Positions 16,351 to 21,549 of a stretch of DNA of 21,549 bases are shown here, piece after piece. The number at the start of each line of letters is the position of its first letter. Within the stretch, counting starts at the first letter, position 1. The translations under genes were made by a program, and so were the position numbers. A model generated the notes under the pieces. That model was not told the DNA's origin and did no database searches. It saw only the letters and a program-made list of their open reading frames with translations. The stretch comes from Deltaproteobacteria bacterium (lineage in GTDB: Bacteria; Desulfobacterota; DSM-4660; Desulfatiglandales; HGW-15), in the NCBI GenBank assembly GCA_020060805.1, contig JAGUZM010000404.1, positions 1 to 21,549 of the forward strand, in the 5' to 3' direction.

Positions 16351-17526
16351 CTATGAGACCACGGACTTGTAAGCTGATCGGTATTCGACCAAGGCTCCTT
16401 GATACTCGTGCCTGACCTTGTAGAGCCACGCATCCCCTTTAAATGCAGCCTCGCTCAGTGAGTCATCAACGATGATTTCCGGTTCCTCTCGCCCGTTCAG
16501 ATAAGACATTTCGATGCAACCGACATCCTCAACAGGGCGAATGATGCCCCAATCATTCGTGTCGCTTAAGAAGGAGATGATTGCGATTCGCTCATTCTTC
16601 TCCCCGAAGAGGCCGCGAACTGAGTTTATGGTTTTGGTTGTCAGATCATTTCCCGTGTAATAAGAATCGAGTTGGTTGACGCGCACAGCCGTATCCCAGA
16701 GTGAAAGCGGCACAGCAAGCCACCATTTGCCGCCGAGATTGATCCCTATCTTTTCGTTGCTCGGCGAACCCTCGGTCATGTCGCCCAAGGCGCCAACACC
16801 CGTAACCACGGCTGCGATTGAAAGCGCCCCAGATCCAAGGTTCCCATGCCCTCCGGTAAACCAGGCCGTTCCATCCGAACAATTTGCGTTGGAGGTGAAA
16901 AAACTCCAAACGTGTTTAGCATGCGTCCTTCTAGCAGCCCTCGCTACACGGTTAAGGAGTGCTCGCACAAGCCCGATGTTCTCGTTTATCATGCATATTC
17001 TTGTAATCTTAATAACCAGGCCTCGGGTAGTGATTGAGTAGGAAGCCTGTTCATCCCCAAAAGGCGCTATTGCGCCATAATCAGCCGCTTCCGGGTCAAC
17101 GGTCGGGATATCGCTCAAATATCCGAACCTCACAGCCTTAATGCTTCTGAAGTCTTTAGCGGATCGCTTTAAGCCGATCAGGGCGGCCTCATGGAAATCA
17201 ATATCAGCGTACTCTTTGGCCAACCCGACGTGGAGAGCGTTTTGCAATGCGTAGTCAAAGCTGGAGGAGTTGAAATCCTGGCATGATCGAAGATCCGCGT
17301 CCACCCGGTTTGAGTAGAATAACCCCCGCATTTCTACGTCGCCGGTGAAAAACTCATACGCAGGCCGCAAACCAGCGAAGGCAGGTATACCGTTGGAATC
17401 GAACCAGGGATTAATGAGCTTGGTGAGAGCTGCCCTGGCTTTGTCGAGCGCCGTCCGGCCCACTTCGAGCGATGAGTAATACACAGTCCGTTCAATGTCC
17501 CTCAAAAGTTTTTCCTTGCTGTCCAT
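16351..17526 (-). CDS. Major capsid/head subunit-like protein (Mu-like prophage type)
   Basis: 391 aa. 'FFTGDVEMRGLFYSNRVDADLRSCQDFNSSSFDYALQNALHVGLAKEYADIDFHEAALIGLKRSAKDFRSIKAVRFGYLSDIPTVDPEAADYGAIAPFGDEQASYSITTRGLVIKITRICMINENIGLVRALLNRVARAARRTHAKHVWSFF' resembles C-terminal head-protein domains seen in Mu-like prophages. Confidence 0.6.
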   Translation of the reverse strand: MDSKEKLLRDIERTVYYSSLEVGRTALDKARAALTKLINPWFDSNGIPAFAGLRPAYEFFTGDVEMRGLFYSNRVDADLRSCQDFNSSSFDYALQNALHVGLAKEYADIDFHEAALIGLKRSAKDFRSIKAVRFGYLSDIPTVDPEAADYGAIAPFGDEQASYSITTRGLVIKITRICMINENIGLVRALLNRVARAARRTHAKHVWSFFTSNANCSDGTAWFTGGHGNLGSGALSIAAVVTGVGALGDMTEGSPSNEKIGINLGGKWWLAVPLSLWDTAVRVNQLDSYYTGNDLTTKTINSVRGLFGEKNERIAIISFLSDTNDWGIIRPVEDVGCIEMSYLNGREEPEIIVDDSLSEAAFKGDAWLYKVRHEYQGALVEYRSAYKSVVS

Positions 17527-17578
17527 TTTAGTCCTCCTGCGTGGCCTACAAACCGACCACGGTGATATTTAATGTCAC

Positions 17579-17890
17579 TTATTGCTTCGCTTGATCGGCC
17601 CTAGCTTCACCGGATATTCGCACAGGCTCGGATCTCGCCTCCGCATCCCTCGGCCTTCTTTGGCCCAACTTTGAATCCCAGATCATTTCCTGCTTTGGGG
17701 GAATGCCCGTTTTCTGAACGTCTGTTAACTTGACAGATGCAGGCGCTCCCTTCTTATGGCGGATCTTTGCCCCTCCGTGCGTAACGATCACGATTTCGCC
17801 TGTAGTCTCATCAAACCTTTGAGCGAATACATGTTCCTCTCGAAGGCCATAGACCTTCAGCGTCTCTTGGAATCCTTTTTCATCTCTCAT
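17579..17890 (-). CDS. Hypothetical protein in Mu-like element
   Basis: 103-aa ORF in consistent orientation and spacing between neighbouring element genes. Confidence 0.5.
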   Translation of the reverse strand: MRDEKGFQETLKVYGLREEHVFAQRFDETTGEIVIVTHGGAKIRHKKGAPASVKLTDVQKTGIPPKQEMIWDSKLGQRRPRDAEARSEPVRISGEARADQAKQ

Positions 17891-17895
17891 TTTCC

Positions 17896-18162
17896 CTATA
17901 CCCCCTCGATCTCAAATTTGATGGTGTATTCTCGTCCTCTCGCTGTCATGAACTGAAGAATTGCCATCCGGTTCAGCATGAGTATCTCTCCACGTTTCCC
18001 CATTACGTTGTATTCGATCGTAATCCCTTTTCGTAAATCAACATCCAGCCGGATAGGATACGATTTCTTAATGCCATTAGTGGTAACGTGCAAAATCGCC
18101 CTCGGGTAAGAGTCAAGAAGCGCCAGAATCTCCTCCAATTCTGTTTGCGTATACTCGTCCAT
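17896..18162 (-). CDS. Hypothetical protein in Mu-like element
   Basis: MDEYTQTELEEILALLDSYPRAILHVTTNGIKKSYPIRLDVD... from ATG 18162 with SD GGGAGGAAG. The track start at 18186 is TTG within the hairpin arm. Confidence 0.6.
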   Translation of the reverse strand: MDEYTQTELEEILALLDSYPRAILHVTTNGIKKSYPIRLDVDLRKGITIEYNVMGKRGEILMLNRMAILQFMTARGREYTIKFEIEGV

Positions 18163-18177
18163 CTTCCTCCCAACAAA

Positions 18178-18283
18178 AAAGCCCAATTGTGCGTGAGATC
18201 CCCTTCGGGGACTTCCTGAGAACCCCTCCGAGGATTTTCTGAGATCCTGCCCAAGGACCTCATGACCGCAACAATTGGGCTTT
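18178..18283 (-). ncRNA. Candidate structured RNA or attenuator: three 23-nt hairpin repeats enclosed by a 13-bp stem
   Basis: Outer arms AAAGCCCAATTGT/ACAATTGGGCTTT (18178-18190/18271-18283). Units on the minus strand: GGTCCTTGGGCAGGATCTCAGAA, AATCCTCGGAGGGGTTCTCAGGA, AGTCCCCGAAGGGGATCTCACGC. T6 tract after the 3' arm, then SD. Confidence 0.65.
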
Positions 18284-18347
18284 ACTTTACGACTAAACTA
18301 CCCGGCAACTGCAGACCGTCAGCTACCGACCACAACACAGTTAAACT

Positions 18348-18572
18348 TTACTCGCGACCATGTCCCTCCACTTCCGCGACCATGTCCCTCCACTTCTGAA
18401 GTTCTGAGACTATGCCGGTGAACTCCCACAAAAACCAGCTTGCCTCTCTGTTCGCTTTCATGACCCGCTTATAGTCGAACAATGGAATGCTATCCACTTT
18501 TGCACGCAACTCATCTAACCACGCGGGATTGACATACCTAAATTTCTCGCCTCTGGGCCTCTTCGTTTTCAT
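18348..18572 (-). CDS. Small hypothetical protein in Mu-like element
   Basis: 74 aa, MKTKRPRGEKFRYVNPAWLDELRAKVDSIPLFDYKRVMKANREASWFLWEFTG..., 4 bp after the stop of the upstream wHTH gene. Confidence 0.55.
   Translation of the reverse strand: MKTKRPRGEKFRYVNPAWLDELRAKVDSIPLFDYKRVMKANREASWFLWEFTGIVSELQKWRDMVAEVEGHGRE
18353..18396. repeat. Perfect tandem duplication of 22 bp at the 3' end of the 74-aa ORF
   Basis: CGCGACCATGTCCCTCCACTTC at 18353-18374 and 18375-18396. Confidence 0.95.
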
Positions 18573-18576
18573 ATTA

Positions 18577-19038
18577 TCACCTCCTTTCTTTTCGATTTTT
18601 CCAGCTCTCCAGCACCGGGTGTTCCAAGGGGGCTTTCTCAGGCTCGATCAGGATATAGCAGCCCTCGCTATACTTCCGTGAAGTCGAGATAGATCTAATG
18701 ATCCCCTTTTGCTCCAAGAACCGTAAGTATTTGTGAGCATGGCTTCTAGAAGCACCGCTCAAAAGCACGAGATCTCTCCAGGTAAACCGACCCTTGATTA
18801 TGATCGCCCGCCACATTTTTTCGGTCATGGAGAAGGGGCGTTGTCTCATCTTGTATCGGAAAATCCCCGGCTGGACGGAAACGATCTCGCCGGTCTTCTT
18901 TAAGCCTTTCAAACCGCCCTTGAGCCTCGCCTTTTCAGCATAGCTACGGATGCAGAGGCGGTCAGCGAGATCATGGATCGTGAACTGAACCAACTCGACG
19001 GCTGCCTCTCGAATTTGTTTAGCGAGCTTCTGCCCCAT
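18577..19038 (-). CDS. Winged-helix/HTH DNA-binding protein in Mu-like transposition module
   Basis: 'FTIHDLADRLCIRSYAEKARLKGGLKGLKKTGEIVSVQPGIFRYK' and 'FTWRDLVLLSGASRSHAHKYLRFLEQKGII' look like two wHTH-type segments. Start overlaps the MuB-like gene by 1 nt. Confidence 0.6.
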   Translation of the reverse strand: MGQKLAKQIREAAVELVQFTIHDLADRLCIRSYAEKARLKGGLKGLKKTGEIVSVQPGIFRYKMRQRPFSMTEKMWRAIIIKGRFTWRDLVLLSGASRSHAHKYLRFLEQKGIIRSISTSRKYSEGCYILIEPEKAPLEHPVLESWKNRKERR

Positions 19039-19814
19039 TACGCAACCGCCGCCAACGCTGGTTTTTGATCGCTTCCGCCGTTCAGGATCTCCCCCAACTG
19101 CTCAGGATTCGGCATGCCCTTTGTAACCTCTTTGACCATCTTCGTGCTCACTTCGGCTTTGTTGTTTATTAGACACACCTTTTCGAGACGAACCAATAAA
19201 GCATTCACCAGCCTGAAGTCCCCCAAGGTGATTGTTCTGATCAAGCCTCCCACTTCGGCGTCACACTTCAACCCGCAGAGTTCTTTGGCAATGCCCTGAA
19301 TGTCTTTAGCGCTCAGCGGAGAAAACTCAACGGCTTCCGTGATCCGTGAAAAGAAGTTCCCCAACTCGTTTCTCTGCAAGCTGTTATAGATGCTTTCCTG
19401 GCCGACCAAAACAATCGGGACTTTGCTGATATCCGCAAGGTCTCGAACGGTCTCAACGAGAAGAGATTTGCGAACCACCCTGTCAGCCTCGTCTATAAAG
19501 AACACCACGCCGTGCTTTCGAAGTGTTCGGACAAGCTCCCTCAAATTCTCTTTAACGGTCCTGACCGGCTGAACTCGAAAGGCTAAAAGCATGTCTTCAA
19601 GCATCATACACAGCGACCGGGTCCAAGCTGCGACCGCCCGGCAGTGGAAACTTGGATAGTTGGAACAATACCACTCCGTGAAAGAGCTTTTCCCTAATCC
19701 GGGCCGCCCATAGAGAAGGCCTATGCGGTCAATGCGAGAACCTTTGTCAATCAAGGCTTTGACCATCATGAAAGCCTTACTTACGCTCTCAGTCATCACG
19801 AATTTGTCACGCAT
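19038..19814 (-). CDS. MuB/TniB-like AAA ATPase (transposition target selector)
   Basis: Walker A 'GLLYGRPGLGKSS', Walker B 'VVFFIDEADRV', 'VPIVLVGQE', located directly downstream of a MuA-like transposase. Confidence 0.85.
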   Translation of the reverse strand: MRDKFVMTESVSKAFMMVKALIDKGSRIDRIGLLYGRPGLGKSSFTEWYCSNYPSFHCRAVAAWTRSLCMMLEDMLLAFRVQPVRTVKENLRELVRTLRKHGVVFFIDEADRVVRKSLLVETVRDLADISKVPIVLVGQESIYNSLQRNELGNFFSRITEAVEFSPLSAKDIQGIAKELCGLKCDAEVGGLIRTITLGDFRLVNALLVRLEKVCLINNKAEVSTKMVKEVTKGMPNPEQLGEILNGGSDQKPALAAVA

Positions 19815-21549
19815 TTGCTGCCTCCTCGTCCAATTGGCGTTGCAGATTTTGGGCGATCAGAGAATAGTGATCGTCCTCCTCAAAGGTCTTCATAAATCGG
19901 TGATCATCCAGGCTGAGGACTTCGCCATTCCTCTTCCTCCTCAAAAGCCATGCGTATTTTTCGTCTTGCTCTAGAAAGAGGCCTGATCCTTGCTCCTCAA
20001 CGGTCTTGATAGGTTCATGCAGGTTCGGCACTTCCACAACCTCAAATCTTTGCGGGAACACAAGAGGCTTCTTTTTCTTCGCGGCTTCGATCTGATTCAC
20101 GATCCCTGCCCCGGAAATATCATACTTGCTCAAAAGAGCCTTGTTGGTCTCTATCGTGGCGCGAAGCTCTTTAGCCCGTTGGCGCTTCGCAATCTTGATC
20201 TCTTTGGGAGTGAGATCGCGCCGAGTCATATCCTCAGCCCGACAAACACGTTTCCCCTTAAAATAAACGAGCACGGACGATGCATCGTTATCGTCAATTC
20301 TGAGCACAACCCTGCTTCCTTCTGGGGGCAGCTTCCGATGGAAATATCTACCACCTTCATACATCACACATCCTCTGCGGACTATGCGTTCCTCTTCAGG
20401 CAGGATAAGAATATCCAGGTCCTCTTTATTGATTGTTCTCGCGATGAATCCGAGCTTCGCAAATCGTGCACGTGGTTTCTCCCCTGTCGAAGAATGAACC
20501 GTCTCGGCATATTTAAATGTAACCCAGTCATCGATCAGCTTCTGTAATTCCTCCCTTGAATATTCGACTTTGATTTCCTTTGGCCTATTGGCAAGAGTGT
20601 TCCCTGTGTATCCCGGAAGTCTCCTGAAAAGCCCTTCAGTCAAGGTCCGAAAAGCCCTTTCAATAAAGGGTTTCTCGACGGGTTGCCCGGGATGACAGAG
20701 ATGGTGCTTGGTCCCGACATGTTTAAAAAAGCCGCGAACGCGATTGCTTTTGAAACTTTTTCCCTGATCCGTCCTCGCAACCCCCGGAATGCCCCAACAG
20801 AGGATTGTATCTCTCAAAAAAACAGCCACGGAAAATGCGCTTTCCGGCATAAGCCGAAAACGAACTAGCCGGGAATAGACATCGATGCCGCCAATGATCT
20901 GAGACCGTTTTCCATCATTGGTCATAATGACGCAGTCCTCTTGTTGCCGTTCGGTCAATATATCCGCAAGGGTCGAATCAAGCTCCCATAACTGATTCGG
21001 TTCCGTTAGATTAGCATCCGCACACCCGAGAGCAGGTGTCATACTCCGATCACGCAGACCTTCTTGCCCCTCATGTTTCAGGATCAGGGCGGGAAAATTT
21101 TCTGCTCGGTAGTGCTTAGCGTAGTTTCGGACCTGGAAATATGAAGGCTGATCTTTTGCAGGAAGAAGAAGGCGGAGATCATCGTGGATATCTTGGAAGC
21201 GAATTTTGTAATTGTCCCAGATCAACTTCTCAATGAACCCGCGAACCTGCTCCGAAAGCTTGCAACCCCCATTATTGAAGCCCTCCAGGAGGCCATCTAA
21301 TCCGTTTTCTCGGTAAGCAGACTGCCAGCGATATAGAGTGGATTGACTGATCTTTGGTTTTCTTAGCCGAGCCCGGATCTCTTCGCCTAGAAATCCTTTG
21401 TTAAATTGGTGCAGAAATCTCTTCGCGATCTCCGTTCGTTTCAGGTCCTTCTTGTATTCTCGCTCGAAGGATTCAAATAAATGAAGAAGCTCGCTCTTCG
21501 CCTTTGCATATTCCCGATTTTGTTCTGAACTACCGTCCCATTTATTCAT
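19807..21549 (-). CDS. MuA/TniA-like DDE transposase (N-terminus may extend beyond window edge)
   Basis: HTH region 'ISQSTLYRWQSAYRENGLDGLL'. Integrase core 'PNQLWELDSTLADI...', 'WGIPGVARTDQGKSFKS', 'PFIERAFRTLTEGL'. C-terminal Mu-type beta-barrel region. 8-bp overlap with the B gene. Confidence 0.9.
   Translation of the reverse strand: MNKWDGSSEQNREYAKAKSELLHLFESFEREYKKDLKRTEIAKRFLHQFNKGFLGEEIRARLRKPKISQSTLYRWQSAYRENGLDGLLEGFNNGGCKLSEQVRGFIEKLIWDNYKIRFQDIHDDLRLLLPAKDQPSYFQVRNYAKHYRAENFPALILKHEGQEGLRDRSMTPALGCADANLTEPNQLWELDSTLADILTERQQEDCVIMTNDGKRSQIIGGIDVYSRLVRFRLMPESAFSVAVFLRDTILCWGIPGVARTDQGKSFKSNRVRGFFKHVGTKHHLCHPGQPVEKPFIERAFRTLTEGLFRRLPGYTGNTLANRPKEIKVEYSREELQKLIDDWVTFKYAETVHSSTGEKPRARFAKLGFIARTINKEDLDILILPEEERIVRRGCVMYEGGRYFHRKLPPEGSRVVLRIDDNDASSVLVYFKGKRVCRAEDMTRRDLTPKEIKIAKRQRAKELRATIETNKALLSKYDISGAGIVNQIEAAKKKKPLVFPQRFEVVEVPNLHEPIKTVEEQGSGLFLEQDEKYAWLLRRKRNGEVLSLDDHRFMKTFEEDDHYSLIAQNLQRQLDEEAANA

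Larger units (their letters stand above)
13342..21549 (-). mobile_element. Mu-like transposable element/prophage, visible right-hand part (left end beyond window)
   Basis: MuA/MuB-like pair, capsid-like protein and tape measure all on the minus strand. It ends 9-10 bp after the stop of the 609-aa gene with TGTCCTGT and two adjacent perfect 22-bp repeats. Confidence 0.8.

Noticed and set aside
18003-18263. 86-aa plus-strand ORF across the triple hairpin region
   Set aside because: Antisense to the 89-aa element gene and through the palindromic structure; no supporting motif.
18178-18283. Type III toxin-antitoxin (ToxI-like) repeat array
   Set aside because: Considered because of the RNA repeats plus terminator, but the downstream 89-aa protein has no resemblance to ToxN/AbiQ endoRNases, and the units are simple hairpins of 23 nt.

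Overview
The window looks like a chromosomal segment of an anaerobic, probably Desulfobacterota-like bacterium, joined at about 13.34 kb to the right end of a Mu-like transposable element that runs off the window at 21549. The left 13.3 kb holds an FtsH N-terminus, an octaheme-type cytochrome c, a HEAT-repeat protein, rubredoxin, an amino-acid ABC cassette (permease-SBP-permease), a MATE transporter, dodecin, a ferritin-like protein, glutaredoxin plus ferredoxin:thioredoxin reductase, a rhodanese/ferritin-like fusion, and a MoxR-like AAA+ ATPase overlapping a TraB/GumN-like protein. Main findings: (1) a probable selenoprotein. The rhodanese catalytic Cys codon is TGA (9974-9972, minus strand), the frame continues into the rest of the rhodanese fold and a ferritin-like domain, and a strong SECIS-like hairpin follows directly. 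The supplied ORF track splits this gene in two. (2) A compact Mu-like element whose visible part carries MuA- and MuB-like proteins, a wHTH protein, a capsid-like protein, an M78-like peptidase, a tape measure and a Zn-ribbon protein, with no recognisable terminase, portal, protease or tail genes before its terminus. That terminus is marked by two adjacent perfect 22-bp repeats. (3) An RNA-like element inside it with three 23-nt hairpin repeats enclosed by a 13-bp stem and followed by a U-tract just before an SD. (4) A nested palindromic repeat element with two perfect hairpins whose loops are exactly complementary. (5) A ~220-nt rod-shaped candidate ncRNA with some 6S-like features. All family calls come from reading the sequence; no database search was run.
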